NCBI GenBank assembly: GCA_032718475.1
Contig: JAUCBJ010006611.1
Coordinates: forward strand, 1-64,000
Length of the DNA: 64,000 nt
Origin: Nemertoderma westbladi
Taxonomy: Eukaryota > Animalia > Xenacoelomorpha
Direction of reading: 5' to 3'
The notes below the pieces were generated by a model. It ran no database searches, had not been told where the DNA came from, and was given only the letters and a program-made list of their open reading frames with translations. A program made the translations under genes and the position numbers. Shown here one piece after another: positions 50,252-62,029 of the stretch; position 1 is the stretch's first letter; every line of letters begins with the position of its first letter.

Positions 50252-50704
50252 ATGTTATCTACAGAGGACCTTGATATGTTTCCAGTGGGTGGTCACTATT
50301 TGGGAGCGTTTCCAGCTAATAAATTACCTAAATTAGATAATAATAAGCGGAGAGATTATGGGTTAATAGTAAATACCGATAAAGAGCATCTGCCCGGGAT
50401 TCATTGGATCGCAATATATATACGAGATAATGAGGCTGAATTATTTGATTCATTCGGATCAAAATATCCAAACAGATGTATCGAAAAATGGCTTGAGAAA
50501 AATTCCGCAAGATGGCGTACTACTCGCAAACAATTTCGAGACCCAAGGAGGACCACATGCGGCCTATACTGTCTTTATTATTTGGTAAATCGAATTCACA
50601 CAAACTATCCAATGAGTGCGTTTACAAATAATGTGGAAATAAATGAAATAATATTATATAAATGGCTTATTAATTATTATAAAATAAACCAACAAGCGTT
50701 GTAA
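50252..50704 (+). CDS. Adenain-like cysteine maturation protease
   Basis: IVNTD...PGIHWIAI, FDSFG, CGLYCLYYL. Confidence 0.92.
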   Translation: MLSTEDLDMFPVGGHYLGAFPANKLPKLDNNKRRDYGLIVNTDKEHLPGIHWIAIYIRDNEAELFDSFGSKYPNRCIEKWLEKNSARWRTTRKQFRDPRRTTCGLYCLYYLVNRIHTNYPMSAFTNNVEINEIILYKWLINYYKINQQAL

Positions 50705-50735
50705 TTAATCATTTAGCTTTTGTTTATCAGATAAA

Positions 50736-51338
50736 ATGGATAATATTATTTTTGTTGATTTTCAATATTATAAGATAGACAATAAAGAGTATCCGGTAGT
50801 ATTTAAAGAATTTGCTATATTCGATTCTAATTACACCAAAACTAATGTAAAGACGTTTTTAATTAAAGGCCCACCTAATATTAAGTTATCAGCCTTAGAT
50901 GTAGCTCACGTAAACAATTTACGAGACATGACTTCGCATTTACCTTGGGATTACGGCGACTTTTCGCAAGATGACTTTAAAAAATACATGAAGAGACATT
51001 TAAAATATAAAAAAAATATACATGTATTTGGGTTGATGAAGCGGGCAATATTAGTTTCCCAACTTGATGTTCTCGCACCAAATTCGATGGAGAAATTGTG
51101 GATATATCATCAGCAATATTACAATTATTTAACCCCCTGTCGCTTCCACGATCAATTTATTGCACTAGAAAATAAATGTGCGTTCCACTTAAACACAAAG
51201 GATAACTGTCTGCGGTATTGCTCAGCAAAACAGGTCGGTGGGTTTGAATTGAAACGATTTTTCGTGAGAAAGCGTTTAACTGCGACTGATGATGATGATA
51301 AACAGAAAGAAATAACTGTGGTGGAAGATGTACTGTAG
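50736..51338 (+). CDS. Accessory protein, possibly a divergent DEDD/RNase H-fold nuclease
   Basis: IFVDFQ...VFKEFAI...HLPWDYGD and C-terminal Cys/His; acidic catalytic set incomplete. Confidence 0.55.
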   Translation: MDNIIFVDFQYYKIDNKEYPVVFKEFAIFDSNYTKTNVKTFLIKGPPNIKLSALDVAHVNNLRDMTSHLPWDYGDFSQDDFKKYMKRHLKYKKNIHVFGLMKRAILVSQLDVLAPNSMEKLWIYHQQYYNYLTPCRFHDQFIALENKCAFHLNTKDNCLRYCSAKQVGGFELKRFFVRKRLTATDDDDKQKEITVVEDVL

Positions 51339-52367
51339 GTTTACTCTAAGCATGTAATGTGATGGGATAATATAATTGTTTTAATGTCAATAAAAATAAT
51401 AAAAACATTAAAATCTATTTTTTAATATCTCAGTTTGACTGAAGGTGTAGGGCTTAAGTTTACACTCACAAACACACCGCACCTACCGGTAGCCGGCTGT
51501 TGTATCAGAGTTTAACTACCAGCAGCTAGCTGATTTTACTACATATACCAAAAACGCTAAACTGTAGAACGGCAGAATGGCCCCGACAGCAACCATAGCG
51601 CTTTAGCGTTACCGTACTTACTAATAATAAAATTAAATTAACTTGACATGTGGGGTTCGTGAATGCAGCATTAGAGGAGGCCCACCTAACAATAGGCCTA
51701 CTGGTACCGGCACCGTAGCACTCTTGTAACTGTATACTTGGATAGAGCAAGGGCATGCTGGTTTCTTTGATTTAAGGATTAGGCTATTACACTTGAATGC
51801 TTCCAATTTTCTGTTTACAAATTTAATTGGTCTAATCTACATTACTGCGGGCTACTACTGTTGCATAGGTAAGCCTATACAGCTATAGTTAACTTTATGC
51901 GGCCCCCCCTTTTCGAATGTTGACCCAATATGCTTTACGGTTAACCTTTAGAACACACGGATAGGCCCACCTTCATTCGTTAGGCATATAGGCCTAATGA
52001 CTACTCCTCAACTGAAAGCCACCTACCACATTGATACAATAGGTATGGTTAGGCGTCGGTAGCGCTATAGGCCCTATAAAATCCCCTCGCACTCTGTTAC
52101 TCTAGCTGATACAATAGGTGTGGTTTGAGGTATAACTATATAAAATCCACCACATTCTCTGGTTACTAACATTCACTCTATGTTAACGATCCTATATAAA
52201 ACATAGTTAGTTAGTTTATTTTATTTATTTATGCGTCCGCTTTTTAAATTAAATTACATATAATATAGACATACACAGACCGGTAACATTTAGGTCTACT
52301 TTATAAATGCAGAAATGAGTATGAGTGTACGGGTGTACAGGTGTACTAGTTAGATACCAGTATCCAT

Positions 52368-52775
52368 CTATGAAAAATATTCATGATTAGGCCTATTATT
52401 ATTACAGGTAGGCATTGCTAGTTTAATTTCTTTCCAAATAGTCTCTACCGGTTCTGGTATAGTTGCAGCGGTCTCTGTTTCCCAATTCTCTTGTAGAGTT
52501 GCTGGTATTAATTCGTTTTGATTACTGGTAACTTCTTCTTCTTCTTCCGTTCCTGGATTTATTCTTATATTCAAAGTAAAGTTTTTTGTTGTTTCTAACT
52601 TTGTTACACCATGTTCGTGATTGATGATATTGGTAAATCCGATTTCAAATTTTTTATTAATGTATCTGATTTCCAAATCAGATACGTTTGATGATGATAC
52701 AAAAGTATCCTCACTCTCAAAATCAAACTTTATGTTGCTTTTCAACGAACGGTTGTTGATATAGGCGAAAGTCAT
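52368..52775 (-). CDS. Accessory ORF, acidic, unknown function (135 aa)
   Basis: Intact ORF with a TATA-like TATATATAAA about 30-40 bp upstream on the minus strand. Confidence 0.55.
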   Translation of the reverse strand: MTFAYINNRSLKSNIKFDFESEDTFVSSSNVSDLEIRYINKKFEIGFTNIINHEHGVTKLETTKNFTLNIRINPGTEEEEEVTSNQNELIPATLQENWETETAATIPEPVETIWKEIKLAMPTCNNNRPNHEYFS

Positions 52776-53474
52776 CTTCTTGCTGTCTCAGGTTAGTTTA
52801 GGTTTATATATATAGTCTAAGGGTAACAGACAGGGTGGATACAGTATACCAGTATTTTTATTTTTTTTCTTATTTTGGTTAACAAAATTATAGTTCATTG
52901 TTTGAAAATTGAGTTTATATATATTTTTGTAGTGGGTCGCAGATGTTTACATTACAAAATTCACATAGTTAACAAAATGTAGAACATAAACCTTTCCCAT
53001 GTGGATTAGCGATATATGCTCTGTTCATTGTTCTATTCTGAAAGTAGGGAGATGCATAGCGGATGTTTTAATAATAATAATATGTGCCGGTATACAGACT
53101 AGTAACAGATAGGATGGCATCGTCTTTGACTATGAATACCAGCACATACCCCTAATCTTTTTCTCACTGAGCTTAGCGTTGCCTGCTGTACACACGCACA
53201 CTCATAAGTAACAGATGCGCTATTGTAGCTCACTCATGAGCAACAATGCTTAGTTAGCTAGCTAGCTAGCTATGGCTGCTGAGTATACTATGCCTACTTG
53301 AGTGTTACAAGCAATCGCTCTACTGAAGTTAGTTAGTTAATTTCCCATCAAACTAGTTGTTGATTTAAAAAAAAATATTCATAAATTTCTTCTCCCCCCA
53401 ATTTAATATATATATATTTTACAGTAAAAATCTCCACCACCAAACAGCAACAACAACAATAAATTTCACTCACA

Positions 53475-54056
53475 CTAATTATATTTTACATCAAAAACCC
53501 CCACACCAAACAATAATAAATTATTAACCAGTTTGTTGAATATAGGATAATATATATGAAATTTAAACGGGGAACACATTAATGTACATTTACCAGTGTA
53601 GAAACAGAAAACAACAACAATATTATTTATTCTGACTTTACAGTTATTGAATATTTCAGGGTCGTATGAAATTTCTAGTTTAACATTATCAAATATAACA
53701 TAAAACCCGATATTGTTTATAAGTAACCTATAAATTACAGTATCGATACTAAAAATATAAGTACACAAATTGATTGATTTAAAAATCAAATTAATGTTTG
53801 TTTTTTCTAATATATGCTTTTTCACTTTATTAAAATTATATTTTCTACCGAGAATTGTTATTCGTCCATTTGTAAACATTAATATGGTTGCACCAAATAC
53901 CTTATATATAAACTGATTAGGTTTGAGTACAATTTTACCATTCAATTGATTTTTTAATTCTCTTAAATTAAGTCCATAAATAATCTGCTTACAACTTATA
54001 TTTTTATTTACTATTTGATAATTCATCATCAACACCATCGTCTTTTGGTTCTTCAT
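53475..54056 (-). CDS. Divergent TATA-binding protein (TBP)-like protein
   Basis: Two TBP half-repeats: YQIVN...ATILMFTNGRITILG and SINLCT...YDPEIFN...VVFCFYTGKCTLM; true start probably MNYQIVN. Confidence 0.7.
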   Translation of the reverse strand: MKNQKTMVLMMNYQIVNKNISCKQIIYGLNLRELKNQLNGKIVLKPNQFIYKVFGATILMFTNGRITILGRKYNFNKVKKHILEKTNINLIFKSINLCTYIFSIDTVIYRLLINNIGFYVIFDNVKLEISYDPEIFNNCKVRINNIVVVFCFYTGKCTLMCSPFKFHIYYPIFNKLVNNLLLFGVGVFDVKYN

Positions 54057-57000
54057 AAATTGGTATATTTGTGGCTGGCCACGAGAAAAGGGACCTTATG
54101 TTACCGGAGGTCGATTTTGAGTTATTAGGCCTATGAGATGCAGAATTTTACAGAGATTTTAACAAAAAAAACGGTGTCTCAATATCTATTTCCAAAAAAA
54201 AGTTATAGCGATTTATGTGAAGGTGATTCGGGTAGCTCTATTCCTACCTACCCTTATTAGTACCTTTTATTAAAGTCCTAAATTCAGACATGAAAACACT
54301 AAAACAGTGTTATATACAACACTGCAACATCTTATATTGCTTCCTGTAATTAGTTCTTTCCTAGGTATCTTGAATATCAGAACCAATTTGAATTTCCCGC
54401 ATCGTTTTATACATTTATAAATTGATAATCCAATTAAATTAGTTCAAAATTAGAGGGAAACTTTAAACGCGATTATCTCAGAATCAGGTTTTGCGACATA
54501 AGGTCCCTTTTCTCGTGGCCAGCCACATTTGATATTTTTATAGGTTTTTTGAGGTTTGTTTTATAGTGCCCCCAAGGAAGTGATTGATTTTTATTAACCC
54601 AATAAAGTTTATCATCAAAGCTACTGAGTGCAAATTTATTTTGCTTTAAGGTATAAATATGATGTAATTTAGATTGAAATCTGTGTATGTTTTTTTTTAT
54701 TTCTTCATTTGAGTTATATGCTTTTAAATATTCTTCATGTGTAATATTCGTTTCCACAACAGCTCTTGTAATACCTTTTGCTCTACGAATATTTTTATTA
54801 TTCCATTCCAAAATTGAATATAATTTTGGTCTTAAAAATACTGCTTGTTTAATTTCACGTGAGGCTAGTTCGTCTTTACAGTAATAGAGTCTGGATTTAT
54901 TTTTATCGCTGTAGAGTGGGTGATCCTTAGGGTAATTGGATGTATCTAAAATATTATTTTTAATTAATGCTTTTAAAAAATTATTCTGTGATGTATTATA
55001 ATAACAACCTATCAACAAGTCAGTGTCTGATGCAGCAATTTCAATACAGCAGTTTAATTCTTTCTCAATAGGTAGCAATTTATTGTAATACAGCTCATAC
55101 ATATCCAATTTAGCCAAGTCCAACACAGTGCTACCAATAAATATAGGCTTATCGAGAGTTACAGAGTCTTTCACTAATAAATGTCCCGATAGTGTATTAT
55201 TGTATATTATAAATTGTTCATGATTAATACGATTTACCAATTGATCGCATTTATTGTTGCTATTTGCGATACGAAAGTTACATCGATCTCTTATCTTTTC
55301 TATTGATTTGCCAAACAACGAATTATTGAGCAATTTCGCGACAGCTGTTTCAATATAACTTTTTGCCAGTCGCCTTTGATTAATATTAAAATCGATGTAA
55401 TTTTTAATACAAATTCTTGTTGAAAAGAATATAATTTATGTAGTTTAGTAACAATTAATCCATGTTTTATATAAAATTTTAACAGTTTCAAATGTAAATG
55501 ATAAAACTCTTTATCAAATTGCGTCAGCATGAGTTTTGGTATAGACATTCTATATTTACGGGAGGTACCTCTTTGTAATGACAAGTTATTAAATTGTTCC
55601 ATCATATAAGGCAAAAGCATTGATTCATTTATACTTAAATGCTCAGGGGCTAACGGTAATTGTAATGTTTGATCGTGAATAGCCTTGGGATAATTTAAAT
55701 CACATATTAAAAAATATCCAGTAGATCCATCAATGTCTAAATCTACCAAGTACTCGATTAGTTTTTCTGGAATTGCATTCTCTAAATGTTTAATACTTAC
55801 TTCTTTGAATTGTGAGGTGGGTAGTTTTTTACTTAAATTCCCAGAATATAAAGAGTTGAAATCAATATTAAAAATATGGCATTCTTCCTTAGTAGAATCA
55901 TATGTACTTGTACCTGGTATATTTGATTCTATATAATGCTTTCGACAAAATGAAACACCACCCCTAATTGATTTTTCAAAATCTCTATATGTCTGATAAT
56001 CCTTTATTAATTCTATTTTACATTTATTATATTTTAGCGCGCAATCATCTAGGTAAATGACGCGATACTACAGTAAAAAACCGCTTCTAAATCGTAATTT
56101 TGTTTACAAACATTCCTAAAATTCTCAAATATATCAGCAAGCAAACAAACATCGAGTTTTAAATAGGCTAAAAGATAATCTTTGAGATTCACACAGTCGA
56201 ATTCTACCCATGATATTCCCGCAAACCTATAATCTTCAATTGTGCATGTTTTTTGACTTAAGTTACTAAAAAAATTATTTATAGACGGCAAACCAGTATC
56301 ATTAAATTTATTTATATCTGTCAAGTACTCGTATGGAAATACTCCTTTCCGTTTAATTGTTGAGTTATTCAAGTTTGGATAAAAATATTTCATTTCTTGT
56401 AGAGTAATAGGTAAAATTGAGCTTATATCATGACTCACTACATCCTTTGTTGAACACTCAACTAAATTACTTAAAGAAAAGCTTAAAAATTGATATGTGT
56501 CTAAGAAACGTAACTCAATTTTCTTAGAAGTGTTTTTAATTGGGATAAATGCACTCAGTGAAATATATCGTTCTGTATTTCTCGGTATAACCTTTATATC
56601 CCAATCTGTGTATTTCTTATCTCTAAATCCGCTTTGTAATATACAATGTATATCGTAATTGTTGGAATTATGTCCGCAAAGTACATACAGGTATCGTTTC
56701 AATGATAAACTTCGGTTACAACTATTACAGGCTGCCGCAATATATTTACCTGTAATATGTGAATGATGTCTGTTTTTCCCTACATTATTATTTAAAGTAA
56801 CATTACAATAAAAACAAAATTTTGCTTGTTCAAAATTTACAAAATCAATATTAGTAAATGACATAGTTTTATGCGTGTATATTTCTGACCAACAACATAA
56901 TTCAGTTAAATCAGTATATAATGTATCTAAGAAATCTTGAATACAATTATTATTATTTGACTTTACGAATGTTTTCAAATGACATTTTGGAGCATCAATT

Positions 57001-58496
57001 AATTCAGTATTGGGAACAATTAAATAACTCACAGCACACGGTATATGCTCCTGTATAATTTGATTATTAACTGACGGTTGTAAGATACATTCTATATCAA
57101 AGTAGGTGACAAACAATGGGGTTAAGGTTCTATCTAAATTTGTAAAACTAATGTGTGTTCTTTTTTTATTAGGTAGTGTCTCTCGCTGACTTCTTCCTTG
57201 GTAGCAGGCGAGACGGTGTCGATGAAGAACTTCCGCACGAAAAAAATGAGCCAAACACCTTTCGCAATATTTCCTATTCCCGATATGAAGAGCTCTCGTA
57301 TTCAGCAATCGATTCAGGTTAGTTATGCAAACATAATGATTCAGTTTAGGTACATTGTTATTTTTTACTACAAGTAATATATTTAATAACTGTTTATCGG
57401 GTGTAATTTTACTAAACGGAGGTTGTCTTAATATAGATACGGGGGTGCGTTTGTTGTCGTTATTCCAACATAGTAAATTAATTATATATTTTGAATTTTG
57501 TTTTTCAAAAAGTTTAATCGCTAACTGCCACTCTGTTGGATAATCATTTTTCCCATTGTCAAAAATGAAATGACTCATATAATTTTTGTACGACGAAGTA
57601 CGCTGTTTGTTGTTTTTCACTTTGCTACCAAATTTTGCAGATATAATTGCCCATTTAAAACAGTCATTATCAGCCGATTGTACATTTATAACACACTGTT
57701 TACCTGATAGAGCCTTAGGTAATTCCATATATCCATGCCCCTTATATAGTAACGACCTACACTTAGATTCAGCTAATTTAATTTCAACCCTTAATAAAGA
57801 TTTAATACGCCACCCCGAACCACGTGTGTTAAAGATGGCTATTTTTTGTAATATATTTTCCACCACATACTCAAACCATGTGTCAAAACTTTGCGATGAA
57901 TCTACAGTATTAATAGCACCACCGGAAGAATTAAAATAAAAGGTTTCCAATTGCTCACCTTCTGAAAAATGTGATCTGTACATTAATACATTTAGACCTA
58001 ACCACAGTCTAAGAACATTCATTTCTTTCAATCTATCTAATATTAACTGAAGAATATTACCTCGAATTTGCGCTAATGCTGTTTCTACATCGGGATAATC
58101 TCTAGAAGTTGGGAGGTCGTGGGCTTCTTGTTCCCGCGTAAAAATTGTTGCGCATGTACCAAGAGCCACCCTTAAGTTTTTTCTGGATATTATATTTTTA
58201 TGTTGCGGAAATTTACGCTTTCTTGTGTAGTAACATTTCAAGTGACAATCGTGTCGTATATAATTCTCATATGTATACTCTTTATTACAGGTAGAACAAG
58301 TCAATTGATAGGTGCGGAACTCCATTTCTTTACAACCAGTAGTTGATTCATGTCGTTTACAAATTTCGCTGCATGAAGTCATGACATGACACTTAAAACA
58401 AGAATAACCTTCAAAATGCGAGCGTAGGTGGCGTAAATAATTATGTCTAGTTACATTCATATGACAGAATGAACAACATATTGTTATTTTATCCAT
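54004..58496 (-). pseudogene. Protein-primed family B DNA polymerase; two frameshifts (~56050, ~55403) and a MITE in the last codons
   Basis: N-terminal C2H2 fingers, RGSGW, INVQSADNDCF, YFDIEC (ExoI), EndoVII-like HHSHITGKY..AACNSCN, HNSNNYD, FLDTYQF, KGVFPYEY, IRGG, DFNSLY, KLLNNSLFGK, DTD, RPKLY, AKGI. Confidence 0.93.
54071..54526. mobile_element. MITE (456 bp) with ~31-bp TIRs and 4-bp ATTT TSD
   Basis: GTGGCTGGCCACGAGAAAAGGGACCTTATGT ... ACATAAGGTCCCTTTTCTCGTGGCCAGCCAC; ATTT at 54067-54070 and 54527-54530; excision restores polB ...KISNIPIYEEPKDDGVDDELSNSK*. Confidence 0.9.
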
Positions 58497-58683
58497 GTTG
58501 AAGTTTGTTTAGATAAATAATAATAATAATAATAATAATAAAATATGTCCAAAGATTAAAATAAAATGATATGATATTGACTATATCTAAACATTTATAT
58601 GCTAGCGAGGGAAATAATTTTAAACCAATCACCAATCGCTTATGACTATTGGAAACCGCAAAGAGTTTAACTTATGATTAGGT

Positions 58684-59748
58684 TTACATATTAGGATAAT
58701 AATCTGGTTTCCATGGAGAATTAGTAACAGGCTCTACTAGAACTGGGTTACTGACAACTTTCTGTTTCTTTGCAGGTGATGCGTTGGTAAATTTACTCGA
58801 TGATCTTGGCTTCCGAGGTAATATTTCAGGAAAGACCTGTTGCGGTTGAGAGCAACTCTCTTCAACATCCGGATTAGGTGATGGGATCTCTACGAATGCT
58901 TTAGGTTTATCCAAAAGGACAAAACCGTCAACATGGGCTTCAGTAAGAGAAACGCCATCCATCGATTCTTTGAGAAAACTAATATGGGCTTTATCATTCA
59001 AGTAATGCAACTCAATAGAATTTCCGCCGGCACCTACTTCAGTAGAATTATCGGTGTTGGTGATAATAATTTTTTTATTATTGGTTTTAATCATTTTGAG
59101 CCGGTCTGATAATTGAATGATATTTTTATCAAAAAGATGCTTGTCTGTTTCATCGACTTGGTTGTCCCACTCTCGCAACAAAACGGTTAGTTCCTGTTTT
59201 GACAAATTGAAACCCGTATAATAGTTAAAACCAACACTATCAGCGTATCTGAGGCTGATTTTCCATAAGCCAACATAGTTGGTTCCTTTAAAAGCTGTTA
59301 CAAATCCAATAAACTCTGGATTTGATAATTCAATGTAGAATTGATCGCTAATAATCTCTAGCGGTGGAGAGAGAAATTGCAATAATTTCCCTCTGTATTG
59401 AATTAGAACTTCAGTAAAAGCTTTGTTGAGAACTTTACATTTGCCTTGTTTCTGAACGTAAACATCACCCGATGTGGGGTTGATGGAAATATTCAAATTT
59501 CCCCGCGCAAAATGAAGAGTTGGATATATCCTACCTGGTATAATTGCTGGTCTGGATTGATGTTGGTTGTTGTTGGTTGTTTCTAGAATGTCTAACAAAT
59601 AGCGGGTATCTTGATGGGAAAAACAAATTGATTCATTGTCCTCCTGAGATTCCACAATAAAATACTTGCTGTGAACGACGGTACAAGTATATTTATTGTA
59701 AGTAAATTTCCAGCTATTTGTTCCTCCGGTTTTTTGCGTTAAGGCCAT
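58684..59748 (-). CDS. Protein with a PC4/Sub1-like ssDNA-binding domain (354 aa)
   Basis: FVTAFKGTNYVGLWKI...TGFNLSKQELTVL resembles the PC4 pattern V..FKG..Y..IR....KGI.L...QW..L; low-complexity basic tail. Confidence 0.55.
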   Translation of the reverse strand: MALTQKTGGTNSWKFTYNKYTCTVVHSKYFIVESQEDNESICFSHQDTRYLLDILETTNNNQHQSRPAIIPGRIYPTLHFARGNLNISINPTSGDVYVQKQGKCKVLNKAFTEVLIQYRGKLLQFLSPPLEIISDQFYIELSNPEFIGFVTAFKGTNYVGLWKISLRYADSVGFNYYTGFNLSKQELTVLLREWDNQVDETDKHLFDKNIIQLSDRLKMIKTNNKKIIITNTDNSTEVGAGGNSIELHYLNDKAHISFLKESMDGVSLTEAHVDGFVLLDKPKAFVEIPSPNPDVEESCSQPQQVFPEILPRKPRSSSKFTNASPAKKQKVVSNPVLVEPVTNSPWKPDYYPNM

Positions 59749-60770
59749 AATAATAATAAATACGAAAAATATTACAAGTGATAAATTTTAAACCATATCG
59801 CTGTAATAAATTGACACCATAGTTCTCACTCTAAAAATTGTGATGGTTGGAAAACAACACCTGATAAAATGATACTGAATCCGACATTGGGGTTGAAAAA
59901 CCCATAAAAAAATAGAAAGCTGTTACAAATCCAATAAACTCTGGATTTGATAATTCAATGTAGAATTGATCGCTAATAATCTCTAGCAGCTATTTATTTT
60001 TTTACAGGTTTTACAACCCTAATGTTGGAAACAGTATCATTTATAATGTAGAAATTATTAAGAAAATAACACAATTTTAGAGTGAGAACAAAAAATTAGA
60101 TATGGTATCAATATATTAAAATGAAGATTACAAGTGATGAATTTTATTAAAAACATTCAGTTATATATAAATTTGCGATGTGGCATAGTCAACGTAGAAG
60201 AGATGGGACGTGTCATAATCATCGACGAATAAGAAAAGAGATGGGGTGCAATGCGGATGAATGGTTGATTGGTTGCGTGGATAGGAAATACATGAAAGAA
60301 TATGAATCATAGGGTTGTGCGTAATAATCAATAATTATTATAATAAAAACGCTCAGTATAATGTTAGTATTAGCCTTTCAATATGGCACAGATGCTGTGG
60401 GATCGGTTAGGATGATTAACAATGGAAATGTTCGTATACGTGTAGCTGGAACGTGGCGGAATTTCATGTATCATAGTGCTGGACTGGTAGGCTGGTTGGT
60501 TGGTTTGGATTGGTGACAGCCGTCGAGGAGTAGCGGTAGCTAGCGGTGGGGTGGGTAAATCGTTGAGTTGGCAATCGATATAATATCGGGTGGGGTATAT
60601 GCGTGTAGATGGCCACGTCGTTGTTAGTAGTATCATCACATATACAGTATACAGTGGGGGTGGTGGTAGCGTGGCGAAAAGGTGAATAACCGGTGGGCCA
60701 GTTAGTTTGTTAGTTAGTTAGTGGGTAACAGCATTCAGTCAGTCGATCGATCGGTCGGTCGGTCGATTGA

Positions 60771-60968
60771 GGTTAGGCTACGCGTAGGTGAATACGCAAC
60801 GATTGGTTGAAGGCAAGGCAACGACGCGAATCAATACTGGTGGTGACAGATGGTCATTAAACACTGCAATTTAGCACCGGAATTTGGCATTTTTAATAGC
60901 CCTCCGAGATCTAGCCCATAGCCCAAGCTAGGGAGGAGTACGCTGAGGTCTATGTTTCTCCTACTACT
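60771..60968 (-). repeat. Polinton right TIR (near-perfect part)
   Basis: Reverse complement of 41982-42179. Confidence 0.95.
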
Positions 60969-61221
60969 AACGGCTCCTCAGCTCACTAGAACATGCTGCT
61001 TCTAGTGTTGGTCTTTTTATTAACTCCAGAAAGACCAAAATTCTGCAATTTAGCACCGGAATTTGGCATTTTTAATAGCCCTCCGAGATCTAGCCCATAG
61101 CCCAAGCTAGGGAGGAGTACGCTGAGGTCTATGTTTCTCCTACTACTAACGGCTCCTCAGCTCACTAGAACATGCTGCTTCTAGTGTTGGTCTTTTTATT
61201 AACTCCAGAAAGACCAAAATT
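60864..61221. repeat. 179-bp tandem duplication spanning the Polinton right end, TSD and LINE flank
   Basis: 60864-61042 matches 61043-61221, with CTG microhomology at the junctions. Confidence 0.92.
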
Positions 61222-61932
61222 CTGACAGTTAACTTTGAAACTCCTCAGCAAGTCTCTGATCGGATGAGCATAAGCTCAAAGGATGGTATGCTTGAGCATG
61301 TGGACGACTTCTGTTACCTGGGATCATGGATCCGGAAGTCAGGTGAGGACCTTCGAATACGTAAGGGAAAGGCATGGGCAGCCTTGAATAGGCTTTCCAG
61401 GATTTGGAAGTCACCGAGAATTAATCGGAAACTTAAGGTCCGATTATTTAGAGCAGCAGTAGTTCCAGTACACCTCTACGGGAGTCCATGCTGGGCTCTA
61501 ACTGCTGAGGACACCAAATCTCTGGATGGCACATTCACAAGAATGCTACGCCGGGTTCATTGTGTCAAGTACAATGCACACATCTCCAACCAGACACTAT
61601 ATAACATTGGAGGTGTTTCATTGGTTTCCCCAAGCTTGACACTAGAACAAAATCGCCTCCGCTTTGCAGGACATTGCTTTCGCCGTGAGGACCAGCCAGT
61701 GCATAATCTTGTACTTTGGCAGCCTCGTGGAGTGAATAAGCATGGTGGACAGCCCATGACTTTCTTGAGACGCATCTTAAAGGACACTGGCCTTAAAGAT
61801 GCGGATGATCTAGCAAATGTCATGGGTGATAGGGAGTTGTGGCGGTGCAATTTTGTTGACAAGCCGGCACAGCATTCTTAAAAATGCAGCTGCAATGCAG
61901 CATGCCGATCCTAGTAGTAGTAGTAGAAGTAG
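61154..61932 (+). mobile_element. RTE-like LINE, 3' part with (TAG)n tail
   Basis: Continues the frame of 41981: AQR|LLSSLEHAASSVGLFINSRKTK...FCYLGSWI...LRFAGHC; stop at 61881; tail TAGTAGTAGTAGTAG. Confidence 0.92.
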
Positions 61933-62029
61933 GGCTGCCTAAAAAACGGAAAACGCAAAACGAAACACTGGGCAATCTACCGTCTGTACAAAATACAATT
62001 ATTATTGTTGTAATAAATTAGGCGCCTAA

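Larger units (their letters stand above)
41982..60968. mobile_element. Polinton/Maverick (adintovirus-like endogenous DNA virus), 18,987 bp
   Basis: AGTAGT...ACTACT termini, 198-bp TIRs with 2 mismatches, 6-bp TSD AACGGC (41976-41981, 60969-60974), full core gene set. Confidence 0.97.

Noticed and set aside
61912-61932. LINE (TAG)n tail resembles the Polinton AGTAGT terminus
   Set aside because: Low-complexity coincidence; the insertion site is far from the tail and has its own TSD
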